A DNA stretch of 64,000 bases from positions 21,824,001 through 21,888,000 of the forward strand of contig CM052840.1 in the NCBI GenBank assembly GCA_028534125.1, in the 5' to 3' direction. The DNA is from Lama glama. Its lineage: Eukaryota. Each line of letters starts with the position of its first letter. Within the stretch, counting starts at the first letter, position 1. Position numbers and translations under genes: made by a program. Shown in pieces: positions 12,650 through 26,684 of the stretch. The notes beneath the pieces are model-generated. The model ran no database searches and was not told the origin of the DNA. It saw only the letters and a list, made by a program, of their open reading frames with translations.

Positions 12650-13328
12650 GTACACATTTTTTGACAGTTAATCTGAAGAACTGATCATAAGCAATGAAAA
12701 TAAAAATCATAGGTATCTTACCAACCACGACAATCTCATTAAGTAAACTGTTATAAATATGTGCATAAATCAAATTTTTGATATTACTAGGTGCTGCCGT
12801 TCACTGGACACATCCCCTGATATTTAAGCTTTGATTTCCCTGATTGTCCAGCTTCACTTCCTTCTCCTTAGCCATTTGTGGGCAAATGCTGGAATGCATG
12901 GAAGAGTTCCTTTACTTAAATATGTCCTCTAGTAAATCCACTTATGAGACAAATAATACAAAAATCACTTTCTAACCTAATCTCTTTGAAAAAAATTAGA
13001 TTTATGTATATCAGATTTCCCTAAAGCTAGAAATATCTGTAAAATAATTAGGGAAGATAAATCATTGGATAACCATTACTAATTTTATGAGGTTCTTTGT
13101 AGAATCCCTTTCTTTTCATAATTTTTTTGCTGATCAGTGACCATATTTTGAAAATATGCCTCTTGCAATTCAAAATTAGCAAGGAGAAGATTTAACATCT
13201 AAGTTCCCCAAGCCAATAGTGACATGAAGTTTTCATCTGTCTGTATCAAGTTGAGGCTAGAGAAAGACATCTGAGTTATTTCCACATCATACCCTTGTCC
13301 AAGCCAAATGAATCACTCTTCATCTAGC

Positions 13329-13378
13329 TACACACACACCCACACACACACACCCACTGTGTACACACATGCACACTG
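13329..13378 (+). repeat. Imperfect (CA)n microsatellite
   Basis: Direct reading. Confidence 0.8.
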
Positions 13379-13724
13379 AGATAATCAATCTGTTATAAAA
13401 TATTTCAATTCCAAAGGATTCCTTTACGACATATTGAAAGTTCTAGGTCTTTTCTTTTTTAATCAGTTCAAAAATATCTGTAATGTTTTGGGGAACTAGT
13501 GATTAAAATAATTAGAAAAAACTCAAGTAATTGGATTCTTAGATGTTCAGGGCAAAAATCGTATCTTTTTGAGTACATTTTCTATCAAACACATGATAGA
13601 TATCTATCTAATATGGGGTATGTTAATTAATTGATAATCCCCTTAGCAGATTTTCACCACCTAGCCACAGGATTGCTTATCTTGCAAGGGGTAAGTGGTC
13701 AGGTTTAAAGGGCACCAGAGACCT

Positions 13725-14025
13725 TTATTTATATATTCAGCAAACACATTTGTGGCTATAATAATATAAGAAGCAAAAGTAATACAAAGAAGTACAAGAC
13801 ATGATTCTAAATTTTCATGGTTCCAGTCTACTGTGGGAGACATAGTGTAAACAAATGTTTATAGAACAGTGTGAAAAACACTATAACAGAAGTTTATAAT
13901 GTGCAAGAAGTGCATAAAGAAAAAATACCAAACTCTGCCCATGATTATCAGTGGAAGTGTCATGAAAGATGTGACATTTGAGTTCACTCTTGCAGAACTC
14001 AAGGAAGAAATACAGGTAGGTGGGT
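13725..14025 (-). mobile_element. L2 3'-end fragment
   Basis: tttatt..attcagcaaacacatttg...agtcta.tgtgggagaca...gtgacatttgagtt, the typical antisense L2 tail. Confidence 0.6.
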
Positions 14026-14364
14026 GGATGTTGTCAGATTTCTTATGTTCGCATCCCCGTGACTCAAGCCCAGGTGAATGGCATTAGGGGATATGTCAGA
14101 TTACAGATTTATATATAGCTAAAAATAATATGGAAGCTTTTTTAGAAATTGAGCAAATGCCCATGTGTGTCTCTGTTTCTAAGATATTTTTAAGAAGATT
14201 CTTGCAGATGGTAACAGAGAAAAAATATTTTTAGTTGTAGTTAAAGATTGCTTGTCCTAAATATATTAAATTGGTGGCAAAAACATTAAACAGGATATTA
14301 TACAAGAGCAAGGAAAATGACAAAGCAGGTGACAACAACAATAGAGAAATTTAAACACAATTTT

Positions 14365-17300
14365 TTGCTTCACAGTTCTACAGGTTTTGACAGATATATA
14401 GAGTTGTGTAAACACCACCACAATTAAGATATAACCCAGTCCCACTGTGTTAAAATATTGTTTTCACACTGCCCCTTTATAGCCAATTCCTCCTCCTCCC
14501 TCCCCCAAACTGTGCAAACACTGCTCTGTTCTGTTCTCTATAATTTTGCCTGTTCCATATTGTCTTATAAATGGAATCATCCAGTATGTACCCATTTAAG
14601 CTTGGCTTCTTTCACTCTACACAATGCATTAAGACTCATCCGTGTTGTACATATCAGTAGTTTGTTAATTTTATTATGGAATAATATTCCATTGTATGAG
14701 TATACCACAATTTGTGTATCATTTGGGTAGTTTACAGTTCTTGGTAACTGAATAAAATTGCTATAAACATATATGTACAGGTTTTTATATGAACATAGGT
14801 TCTCATTTCATGTGGGTAAATAACTAGGAGTTTTTTCCAACACTGTTATAAAGGCTATTCTTCTCCATTGAACCACTTTTTGTACCTTAGTCAAAATCAA
14901 TTTAACACATTTAGTAGGTCGTTGTTGAACTCTCTACTTTGTTCAGTTTATCAGTATGCATATTCATTTACCAATATCATACAATTTTGATTACTGTGGC
15001 TTTACAGTAAGTTATAAAAACATGTATTATTCTTCAACATTGTCCATTTTTAAAAAATTGTTCGTACTATTCTCATTACTTTTCCTTTCCATGTAAATTT
15101 TAGAATCAGCCTGTCAATATCTACAAAATCCTTCTGAGATTTTAATTAGGACTGCATTTCATTTACAGTTCAGTTCAAAGAGAATTTACACCTTAACAAT
15201 AGCACATCTTCCAGTTCATAAACACAGTATGCTGTTCATTTATTGTATCCTTTTTCACTTATTGTCTCAATATTTTGTAGAATTCAGTGTTCAGATCCTA
15301 CACATATTTCATTAGATTTATATGGGGGATGCTATTAATGATTCTTTAAAAACATTGAAATCCAATTTTTTTTTTGCTGGGGTATGAAACATTTATGGTA
15401 TAATGACCTTGTATTCAGCAATCTTGCTTAACTCATTATGAGTTTTAGGAGCCTTTAGAAACTTTCTTGGTGATTCCCTGTGTCTACATAGATCTTCTGC
15501 AAAAAGAAACAGTTTATTTCTTCTTTCAAAATTTGTATGCCTTTTATTTCTTTATCCTGCCTTATTGCCTTGGCTAGTTCAATAAGATGGATATCTGTGA
15601 CTCATTCCTGTTCTTTTACCATTACATATGATATTGCCTATGGATTTTCTGGAGATGCCTTTTATCAGGTTAAAGACTTCCCTTTTATTTCTAATTGCTG
15701 AGAGTTTCATCATAAATGGATATCAAATTTTGTTAAATGCATTTTCTGCATTTTGATTTGTTAATATGTTTAATTATATTGATTGATCTTCAGTTAACTA
15801 GCCTATATTATCTGGATAAACCACACTTTACTGTGATGTATTTTCCTTTTTATATAGTGCTGGGTGCAATTTGCTGTTATCTTGTTGAAGATGTTTATAA
15901 CTATCCTCATAAAATATAGTAAACTGTTTTTATTTCTTATAATGTTTTTGCTTGGTTTTGGTAACATGGTAATTCAGGCCCATAAACTAAGTTGAGAAAT
16001 AGTCCCTCCTCTTGTATTTTCTGGAAGAGAATGTGTGAAAAAAACTATTTATTTCTTAAATGTTGGTAGAATTCACCAGTGAAACTCATCTTTGCCTGGA
16101 GTTTTCTTTGTTGAAAGGTATTTTACTCAGAATTCAATTTTCTTAACACTATGGGATGATTCAAGCTATCTTGTCTTCTTGAGTGAAATGTTTATCTTGT
16201 GTTTGCAAAAAATTGATTAATTTCACCGAATTTGTTAAATTCATAGCAGAAAGTTGTAATGTTTGTTGAGTCTGAATTTATTTACTCCTTTTCATTTCTG
16301 ATAATGGTAATAAGTGTTGTCTCTCTTTGAATCAGTCAGTCTAGAGTTTTATCAGTTTTGTGGATCTTTTCAAAGAACTGTCTTTTGGCTTTATTGATTG
16401 TCTCTATTATTTTACGTTTGCCATTTCATTAATTTCTGCTCTTTACTGATTTGTTTCTTCCTCTTCCTTTGGGTTTATCTTACTGTTTTTTTTTTTTCTA
16501 GTTTCTTAAAGAGGAAGGCTTACCTTATTGATTTGAGACCTTCTTGTTGACTATAACCATTTAATGTTATGAATTTTCCTCTGAGCCCTGCTTCAGATGA
16601 GTCTCACAATTTTGAAATGTATTTTATTTTATTTAGTTCAAAATACATCTTAGTTTCCTCAATATTTCTGCTTTGACTCATAAATTATTTAGAAGTAGTT
16701 TGTTTAATTCCCAAATATTTTGAGTTTTTCAGATATATTTAAGATGTGGATTTCTAGTACCATTTTTTTATAGTCTGAAACATGGTGTTATGATTTCAGT
16801 ACTTTCAAATTAGTTAGGGTTTAATTTATGGTCCATAATATGACCTATCATGGTGAATAGTCTGTGTCTACTTGATGAGAATATGTATTCTGCTGTTGTA
16901 AGAGTGTTTAGAAATGTCAATTAGGTCAAGTTGAGCTATAGTGATGTTCAGGTCATCTATACACTTAATGATTTCCTACCACATTGTTCTACCTATTATT
17001 GTGGGACGAATGTTGAAATCTCCAAATATAATTGTGGGCTTATCTGTTTCTCTTTTAGAACCATCAGTTTTTTGCCCCATGTATTTTGATGCTTTATTAT
17101 TAGGTGCATACACATTTACGATTGTTGTGTTTTGGTAAACTGACCCTTTTATCATTGTGTAATATTCCTTTTTCTTCCTGATAATTTTCTTGTCATCAAA
17201 TATATTTTATCTAATGCTAATACAACCACTTCAGCTTTCTTTAGATTAATGTGATTTTGAGTGATTTTGGACTGTTTCCTGGGCATTTTAAATATCAGGG

Positions 17301-17780
17301 TGTGATAATCTGAGCCTGTTAAAATCCTCTGAAGAAGGTTGAAGTTTTTGTTTGTTTGTTTCAGCAGGTGATCAACTGATTAGCTTCATATGAAAATTCC
17401 GTCTTGCCTTATGTGGTCAGTGGATCCAATAACAGTTCATTTTTCAAAAGCGTTGCTATGCTGCTTTATGTCTGCCCCAGACGGGCACCTCTCAGTGGCT
17501 AATCTGGTATTTGGTTGGGGGCATATGTAACTGTTCAGGTCTTCCCCAGTGGGGCTGCTCTCGAATTAAAGAAAGGAGATAAAAGGGGAGAAACAAAGGG
17601 AAATTTATCCTGTAGTATTTGCTCTTCAACGTTTGGCTCCCCTCCTGATCTGCTTCTGTTGTTAACTTTTCAGAGTCCTTGGGTGGTTGTTTTTTGTAAT
17701 TTGAGCAAACTTTTTAGCAGTAATTAGTGGGAGAAAGAGGCTATTCTAGGCTTTCTCCATGTTGACCAGCACAGAAAGTC
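14365..17780 (-). mobile_element. Old L1 (L1M-type) composite: 3' UTR plus degraded ORF2 and upstream parts
   Basis: 3' UTR motifs (aacaccaccacaattaagata, aatggaatcat, cttggcttctttcactc) followed by antisense ORF2 motifs (ttttgattactgtggctttacagtaag, tttagaatcagcctgtcaat, gtagaattcaccagtgaa). Confidence 0.85.
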
Positions 17781-20462
17781 CCCCTCCACCATATTAGTCT
17801 TTATTCCAGTGCCTTTGGTGACTTTATTTCCTTTTTTTCTTTTTTGGTCAAAGATCTAGCAAAACAACTAATGGAAATCATTCACAACCAAATATTGGCA
17901 TGTAAAATCTTTCCTTTCTTAAAATGATCTGTCATAGCGTGGCAACACTTTCCAAAGGCAAGACTTTAATGAGCAGATACAGGCTGCCAGGCCATCAATC
18001 AAATTACACCCAACACCAAGGCAGTTAGCCTCCTTGTGTGCATGATATTGTTTTGTGTAATTTCATTATACTTCTGGCAATGTATACTTGTTAGTTACGT
18101 TTTTATTTTTGTTAAAGAAAATCTCTTTTATATTAGCATCATGCAAAATCTAATGTTAAATCCCTACAGATAAGTGTCAGTAGACAGTTTGTTGCCAAAG
18201 CATTTCAAATATTTTGGTTACTAATAAGACACATACTTGTCAGATTCTTTGTTTATTTTTGATAAAATGCAGTAGTTGGCACATTTTAACTTTCATGTGT
18301 TTCAATAATATATACCAATAGCATACCAGCCTGTTTGATTGTAATCATGGAGTTCATCTTCTTTGTTTTTGGCCTTGACCTGTACTGCTTTGGACTACAA
18401 TGTCTTCAGTATAACCACTTACTCATGTTTTTCCTGTTATACGTAAACCAAATGTGCCATAGTGCACAAATGTAGAAAGATCAGACGAACCCTTCTAGTT
18501 TTATAAGCTACTCCTCCAGGAGGAACTCTGTTGCTACATCACATTTTCCATACTTGTCATATTATCATCATCTGCTTTTCTATCCCAAAAGAATGTTAAC
18601 AACTGATCAATAACCCGGACATGTCTGGCCGTGGCCTACACGTGCCCTGGGTAGTTCATTTATTTGCCTTGGTGGATTTGCTAGAGTGGAATTTAATCAA
18701 TAGCTAATTCATTAATTCTGGTCCTCGAGCATGTCAAGACTGAGCTGGATGAAGATAGCTGGCTGCTTCTGGCTTTGATTGAAATATGACAAACCAGTAG
18801 CAGACAGCTTCACTGGGTACTGGGCTGCCTGTGGAGTTGACTTAAATGGATAAGCTAAGAAAAGAACATAAACAAGGAAGGGATTTTATTACATGATTGC
18901 TAGTATTCCAAAATGCATGATTTCCAGGCGTGAAGAAGCTCAAGGGAAAGCAGGCAGAGAGAGAGAGAACGCCAATCATCTCTCTCATCGCCTTTAATGG
19001 GAACCGTGGCGGTTTTTATAGTTCCAGATCAGTTTGAGGCTGTATTATTGATGAGAAGTCTGAGGCATGATGTCTTTGTAACAACCACAAATAATTGTTT
19101 AAAAATGCGCCTCAAGCTCCTGAATGATATAAATGATATTTTTATACACCAACTTCTCAGAAGTCTTTACCACAGAAGCACAGTCTGTGTCTCTAAATGA
19201 AAGTTAAAACACTATCATCATTTTAGAAATTCTCCGTCATTGCAAAGTACGTAGCTTGGGACTGCGGATGGTGTGAGAAGTCATAGCTTATAGAAAAAGA
19301 GTTTTCCCCTTTTTGCCTCACCAAATTTGAGGTGAAACTTTGAGGCCTCTGTATGTTTATATATACTGTAGCATTGAGCATCAAGACGTCTCTTCCATCA
19401 TTATTTTCCCTCTCTGGTATTTTCAGTGACTGCTAGCTTGAACAGTGAAGGAATAATTTCACAATTAAACAATTTTAAGCCATGTTTTATTTTATTTTAT
19501 TTTTTAAATGTTGGGCTGTAAATGTAGAATATCAAGTCACCTCTTCACCCGTATTGTAAACTCCCTTTCTAGTCAATATGGACACCTTGAGACAGCTTTT
19601 AATTTGGACTGGAATTTTCTGTTTGAGTCTTTAAAGGATACAGGAAGACCTTAAAAGAGACATCATTTGGAGTATATTTAGTACTGTCGTATACATCCAA
19701 TCAATAGTCCTATAATCATAATGGCTTTCAGGAAATACTGTTTTGATGGCCAGTGACTTCTGATTATCAAACTCATTGTTTGATTAGAAGACCTTACAGA
19801 ATACTGAGCTTATTCTTAAGATTCTACCACCACTACTTCCATTTTCTCACCTCCCTCTCTTTCCCAGACTCCTTCTAACTTCTCTGCTTTTTGCAGCTCC
19901 CATGGAAGCAGCTCAGTGACTGAGGTTTGGAGAGGCCGTTGTAAGCATCTCAGCAAAATCCAGTCTTTCCTCCCAATTCGCTTTGACTTTTAGCTGCCAC
20001 TTGATCCCTGGTTCCCTGAACACCCATTGGTTTCTTTTATTGGTTTCATACCAAATCCACCCATTACGTGTGGGTGTCCTCAGCACGAAGACTCTCTCTC
20101 CTGCTCAGACAGTCCCAGCATTCTCACAGTTCTACTCTTCTCTCAAAGGACCTTAGCCCTGGTTTCTCCCGAACCTCTAGCCCCATGTATCCAATTGCCT
20201 ACTGATTTTCTGTAGTGATATCCACCCACCACTTCCATAACCTTAAGCCTCAGAAGTTAATTCTCATCTCACCCATTTTTTCCAACATCCGTTTCTGCAA
20301 AGGCACCACTACTTGGCACATGATCAGGGACATATCGCTTTGATTTTTTTTTTAATCCCCTGATTTCACTAAATATCAATTTTAGTGTATTTTCTTTGGA
20401 AGCATCTTCTCACATGTGTTCCTTTTCCCATTTTCAGGATCATAATCCTAGTTTATGCTTTT

Positions 20463-20734
20463 TAGTTTATTTTACTTTTTATTGAAGTATAGTCAGTTTT
20501 GATGTGTCAATTTCTGGGATACAGCATAATGTTTCAGTCATACATGCACATACATATATTACTTTTCATATTATTTTTCATTATAAGTTACTACGAGATA
20601 CTGAATATAGTTCCTTGTGCTGTACAGAAGAAATTTGTTGTGTATCTATTTTTATATGTAGTAGTTAATATTTATAAATCTCGAATCCCTGACTTGCCCC
20701 TTCCCATCCCTTCCTCCACCCCATAACCATAAAA
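20463..20734 (-). mobile_element. 5'-truncated L1 3' end, lineage-specific (cetartiodactyl-type)
   Basis: T-rich tail, then ttttattgaagtatagtcag...gaatatagttccttgtgctgtacag. Flanked by tt(t/c)atgctttt at 20452-20462 and 20735-20745 (TSD). Confidence 0.8.
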
Positions 20735-21159
20735 TTCATGCTTTTATTATTTAAGTTTATGTAGCTGTCTTAAGTCAATGAGATACAAGGAAGAAAGAAA
20801 GGCCTTATTTTTGCCTACTGTTTGCTGCCTTAAACTTCATCTTTGGACATCCATTCTGCACCTCTTGAAGGAGTTCTTAAGAGCATCTTATTTCAAATTA
20901 TTTATTCAAATTATGTTTAGTTTTCAGTCTAAATTTAGTATTAAGATTCATGGTCAAGTATTAAAAAGTCCATTCCATCTCCAGCAAAATATTAAGCTCA
21001 TGCATAGTTCAAAGATTCCACCATTTCACAGGCTCAGACCTGATCCCAGTTTGCCCTTTGTCTCCTCCTTGCTCTTTCTCACCTACTCCCTTTCTTCCAA
21101 ATGTGTCTCTTCCTAATGTTATTATTTTACTGCCATCGCTGGATGGCCTTCAAGCCCTC

Positions 21160-21815
21160 TGTGTGGCAGGTGGCACTTTCTCAGACAGGTGTATGTTTTC
21201 CTTGAGAAGGACCCATGAGAACCTCCACAAAGCCAAGCTCCCCGACGTAAGTGTTGCCCTCTGCTGCTGACCTCCTGTGATGTCAACAGAACAGAACACC
21301 CCAAAGACTCTTCTTGCTGGAGTCCCCTCGTCCCGGAAGCCTGCCATCATGGGCAGTGTGCCTTCAAGGGAGCTCAAGCCTCACCACCTTGCAAGGCATC
21401 CACCGGCTCACAGGAAACTCGTGCACGTGTGCCATGCTGATGATCACTAGTGCAGCCACGTCATCTTACCCTATCATTACAGCCGCTCTGGACACTGTCT
21501 GGCCATTAGAATTCTCTGAGAAGCAAACACCTCTTCTGTGGCCGTATAGGCTGCCAACTCCCGTGCCGAGCTGTTCCCAAACTCCTTGCTATACTTCCCT
21601 CCAGGGACAGCAGCAGGTTGGGCTTTGATGCTTCTGCATCTTAGTTAAGTACCAGCCAGAGAAGTGAGTGCCTCCAGTTTCTCCGAGTGATGTATTTAGA
21701 ATGCCTTCCTCAGCCTAGAGTACCTTTAGGGGCGGGCTGGGGGTGGGTTTAGTGTCACTCTTCACTAAGTAAATAACTCCTTTTTCATTCTGTGACTCAG
21801 AAATCTCCGACGGTT
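21160..21815. mobile_element. Probable ancient ERVL-class LTR relic
   Basis: GC-richer block of about 650 bp starting tgtggcagg, embedded between L2 fragments. cttctgcatctt...accagccagagaagtgag resembles LTR16/33/50-group sequence; family uncertain. Confidence 0.4.
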
Positions 21816-21819
21816 TTCC

Positions 21820-22255
21820 AGTGCACTCAGAAATGAATCGTAAGTTACTTCTATGTTCCACAAAATCCTACATGAGCTGCAATCCCCCATCCGATGCTCC
21901 CAGCACCCACCTAATTCATTTTCCACCATTTTCTTGCTCAGTCCAGTTCTGCCCTACTGGGTTCTTTGACTGCCCTTCAACAAGCCAAGATCATGGATGC
22001 CTCAGAGCGTCTATACCGCCTGCTCCCTCTGCCTAGAAACTCCCATTCACTTGCTTCATCCCTGCTTTGAGATTTCTGAGAGAAGAACCAGGCCTTCTCA
22101 GATCACTAGTTTGACAGGTTACATACTTTTGTGTTTGTTTACTGTCCATCTTCCCCTGATAAAATGTAAGTTTTATGAAAGAAGAGACTTTGTTTTGTTC
22201 ACTCATGGAACAACACCTGACATATAGGGGGTACTTAATAAGTATTGATTAACAT
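21820..22255 (+). mobile_element. L2 3'-end fragment
   Basis: tgctccctctgcctagaa...tgtaagttttatgaaagaagagactttgttttgttcact...cctgacatatag...ttaataagtattgatt. Confidence 0.75.
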
Positions 22256-25200
22256 TCCTACTTTTAAAACTGCTCTAGAGTTCTGTTTAGTTGGGGTTGG
22301 TTTGGATGTTGGGCCAGTGTTAAAGGGCAGTTTTATCCTCAGCAGAATCTTGCTGTTCCTTTTAGAAGCAAGATACTTACCAGTGTTAAAGGCAGGAACG
22401 CGTCATCTGTCACCCTCAGTTTGGGGCTACAGCTGAAGTTCCTAAACAAGAGAAAAACTGTTGAACATTCTTTCACATTTAAGTTACTAATGTACCTCGC
22501 TGATACTTCTCCCTCACTCCTAGTCTCTTTCACTCTAATCCGCCAGGTTGTTCCTTCTAAAAAGGTTTGTTATTCTGCTGGCGATACCACCGCAAAATCA
22601 CCTTGCTTCTCCCTCAAATTCCTCAGCACAGTATTTCGGAGACTACATGAACCTTTTTTCTTAAATTCAGATTGACCTTCCGTTCTTGCCGGATATAAAT
22701 CATTCGCTCATCAGGTTGGTCACGTTACTCTTCTGTATATGCCTGGGCCGATTCCCAGCTCTTGTGTTTGCCTCTGTTGATCTTCCTGCTCAGAGTTCTT
22801 CCCATTTTCTCACTCCCAATTCAAGTCCACATCCACTTCTCCCATGAAACTTCCGTTGTTAGTCTAGACACAGTGATCCTTATCTGTGTGTTTTTGTAAT
22901 CCTTGTAGCCTGAACTGCCCATCTAAACACTTGATTTTACGTTGCTGCATAACATATGACATGCCTCAGGTGTGCGTATTTTTTATCGCCTAATACTCAA
23001 GGACACAGAGTTTTGTCTTTGACATTTTACTTACTACAATTTACGCTAAACATTCTAGTAGATAATTAGACACTCCGCGATTTGATTTGAGAGCAGAGAG
23101 TTAATATTGTCATCGTATTATATTTATTTAGTCTCATATTAAAAGCATCCTGAGCACTTTTGATAACTGTAGTATGGAGTACTATTGAAGAACTCAAGTG
23201 TAATAAAAATGATTGACCAAAATGACCAAGTTGAATAGGAATAAAGGAAAAAAAAGGCCCATGCAAACATGATCAGGGAAGCTGGAACTCTTCAGAACAA
23301 TTTCTATGAATATCTTAAAGTATATGAAGATTTTTTTCCCCTCTGTCCAAGCAAGAACATTTTCACAAAAGTCGTGATAAAATGTAAGGATAAAATGTTA
23401 AAGAGTTCCAGTGGGAGCCCTGCCTCTTCAGAAAAATTTTTCTGAGCTGTGTTATTTTAATATTTACCAGTATAAAGGTAAGTGGTGAAGAAATTGTTTT
23501 CCCATAATGATTTCTATCTTCAGTGTTATTTTGTACTTGAACTGAAAGTAATAATACTGTGGTGGTGGTGGCCACATTAGTGACAGAAGTAGAATAGTGA
23601 ATCTAGTAACAATATGACATGATTTAAAAGAAATAGCTCCAACTTAAGTGTCCAAGCATGCAATGAATCCGTGTGCTAAAATGTGTGTGAAAATCAGAAA
23701 CTTTATTAACATAGCTTAAATTTCAGTCCCTGGTTTTCTGGGAGCTAAATAAACTAATCGTTACTTTATGAACCAATCTACAAAAAACAAAAATCCATTT
23801 GAGGATTCATGGTCTGTTTATGTTTCCCCGTGAGCATACCTTTACTGATGGATTAAGAAAAAAGCACCTTGTTTCCCTAATATTTAACATTAATTCCTGT
23901 GGTTTAAGAGTATTCTTTCTACTTTACTCTTAAACAGCAATGCAGTGAAACCATTAGTCCAGTAAATAATGGTGCACAGTTCTCAGAGATGTCCTTCATT
24001 TCAAATCAGCAGCCAAGATTTTTCAGGGTCGCTCTCATTGATTCTAAAGAGAGATGGGCAGGTGTTAAACCCAGTGTTCTTCTTTGGTCATTGGCATCAG
24101 TGGACCTGTCTCAGACCCTCGAAATCAAAGCTGTTCATGCTGTTGCTAAAACTGTAGGTGGGCTCCCTTCACAGATACGCTGTGCAAGAAAGAGAAGTTA
24201 CAGTGGCATGGTGCTCTGCGTGGTATTTTCTAGGCTTTACTAGTTCAGGCCATTGAATGTCACTTAAGTGGAGTCCTTTCTGTAGTTGATTATGCAATGA
24301 ATACAAAAGAGGGATCTGTAAGATGTGGAATTAATTTTGAAAGCAGGATAAAGACCTTCGAATAAAAATGGTGACTATACAAGTCACCTGTGAAACTGTT
24401 TTCTCATAGGTGACATTAAGTTCTTATCTACAGAGTCTTATTAGTGAACGTGTTATGTTTGTAACTTCAAGAAAATGAAATAATTTTCTTTTTTTCTTTT
24501 TTAGCAGTCTATTAGAAAGTCAAGGCTTATCTTGACTGCTGCTTTTTAATGTAAATGTTTGGGCCTAATTGAATTCCTAATATGTGATGTCACTTAGAAT
24601 TCTGACAAAGCCCAGCAATTTGGCCTGTACAGACATACTTCTCCTTAAAGTGAAAGATGTAACAAAAATATGATTTTACCCAATGGCAGAAAGATGGTCA
24701 ACATGAGTTATTGTGTTAACTTTATTTTAAGATGCTCAAAGTATAGGGACTAAACTCACATATACTTTCTATTCTCCAAAGTACTTACTGGAGTATTTTG
24801 CATGTATAAAGGTAACCTCTAACTGTTTGTGAATGGTTGTGGTAGTTGGAAATTCTAGAATTATAAAAATAAATTAATCTTGAATGTCAGAGATCACTCT
24901 CCTTTTTGAAAACAATCAGAACAAAAATAATTATTTTACAATTACCTTGTGTTTTGCAAGTGACAGGCTTTCTTTGCCATGCTATATTGCAAAAATATGT
25001 CATTTCCAAATCTCTGAGGCTTTATTAAAAACTTTACTGTCCTATTATAGATTTTCCTTAAAAAAAGACTAAAGATGGTACGACTATGTCATCCAGGCTG
25101 TGTCATTCTGGCAAGTAAGTGTGGAATTAAAGTTCTAGAACATTTACATGAGAGTAAATCAAGTCTATTCAGGGTTGAATCCTTTGTGAACAGCTTTGTG

Positions 25201-25599
25201 TTATGATCTCATTCAGTACAACAAATGAAATATTAATAAATCATTGAAAATGCAGTCAAGTTTTGGTCAGATGTTATGCCCCTGTTGTATACCAAACCAC
25301 CCAAAACTGTACACTTACATGTTCAGAATAAACCGTGGCTCAATCTTTAAAAATCGAACATCTTTGAGAACGTAATAATATAAAAAGTATTTTGTTACAG
25401 GAATCTCCAATTCTTACATTTCTGACCACAAAACATATCTGGTCATGGTATATAAAGAACTATGGTGGAACTAAATCTGTCAGTGTGAGTCAAAAATTAA
25501 GATGAATTATATTTGGATTATAAATGTTATGTGTAAACAAATTTATTGATAATTTTTTAAATTAGCAACTTATGAACTGATAAAAATACTTTATCAATT

Positions 25600-25960
25600 T
25601 GAGCACTGATTTTGGCTATAAGTAACAAAACACCCAACAACTGAGTCTGAAGTAAATAGTTCTAGAGGTAGACTGCTTTTGGCATTGACTCAGTTATACC
25701 AGATACCACTGAGGCATCTTTGTGATTCTTATGGTCTTTCTCAAATGGTTACAAGATGATTGAGATGATTGCTGAAGTTCCAGGTATCATATTTAACAGA
25801 AAAAAAGAAAAAAGGAAAAGGTGACTGCCACATCAGGAAAGCTAAAATTTCCTAGGAACCTTCATCAGCATCCCACCATCTTCCAGTTGCGTCTCGTAGA
25901 GTGTCTCTGGGTCAAAGCACTAGTCCTAGCTGAGGGAAGGAAGGCAACGGAGAAGGTGAT
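25600..25960 (-). mobile_element. Old MLT1-type LTR relic
   Basis: ttggctataagtaacaaaacaccc...atggttacaagatg..gctgaagttccagg...ctagtcctagctg.gggaagg. Confidence 0.55.
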
Positions 25961-26196
25961 TTTAAGCAGGGATTAAGTCTGCCACAGATTCTAATTTCCA
26001 CCCTCTTTACTAAGTCAAATTATTTGTGTCTCATTTTTTACTTTTTAAGCCAAAATTTTCTCTTTATTCTCTTGATTAGCCATTTCTCTGAATTCTCTTC
26101 CTTTCTCTTAATTAAGAATAAGAGTTTCTTCTTGCCTCTGAAATTTAAAGTGGAAGACCACTGGACTCATATGTTATTCTCCCAAAAGCTTAAGTG

Positions 26197-26251
26197 TTTT
26201 TTCTTTCTTTTTTGTTAAAGTATAATTGATTTACAATGTTGTGTTAGTTTC
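26197..26251 (-). mobile_element. 55-bp ultra-truncated L1 3' tip with perfect TSD
   Basis: T-rich tail plus gttaaagtataattgatttacaatgttgtgttagtttc, flanked by aagcttaagtg at 26186-26196 and 26252-26262. Confidence 0.8.
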
Positions 26252-26485
26252 AAGCTTAAGTGGATTTGATTGATTCTCAAAACATATATGGTAGTAGCGT
26301 ATATATTTTATACATATATGTATCAGTTTTTATATATTATTCTGTGCCAGCTTCTTAATTAGAAAGTTGTTGGTGAAATAGACCTTTTGACCAAACTGGA
26401 AGACTAATTGAGAAGTAGATGAGGCTGATAGCAGCCATGTTCAGTGTTGTCTTTTCAGGGGTATTGATTATTCTGTCCATTGCAG

Positions 26486-26684
26486 ATCCCTTCAAATTGA
26501 TTGGATGTCTCCAGGGAAGCCAAATGGCATCATTCTCGGATATGATCTCTTACGGAAAACCTGGCATTCGTGCCCTAAAGCCCAGAAGTTAATGAAGGAC
26601 CACGGTGCTGAGCTCTGCAAGGCAGTGAAATGTCAAAAGCCCGAAACTATCTGTGGACACAGGTGCTACTCCCCTGAGGCTAAG
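26486..26684 (+). CDS. USH2A: USH2A coding exon (approx. exon 48): FN3 strands leading into the Cys-rich region
   Basis: Acceptor attgcag|A and donor AAG|gtagag. 199 nt, phase 2-0. Translates SLQIDWMSPGKPNGIILGYDLLRKTWHSCPKAQKLMKDHGAELCKAVKCQKPETICGHRCYSPEAK. Confidence 0.96.
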
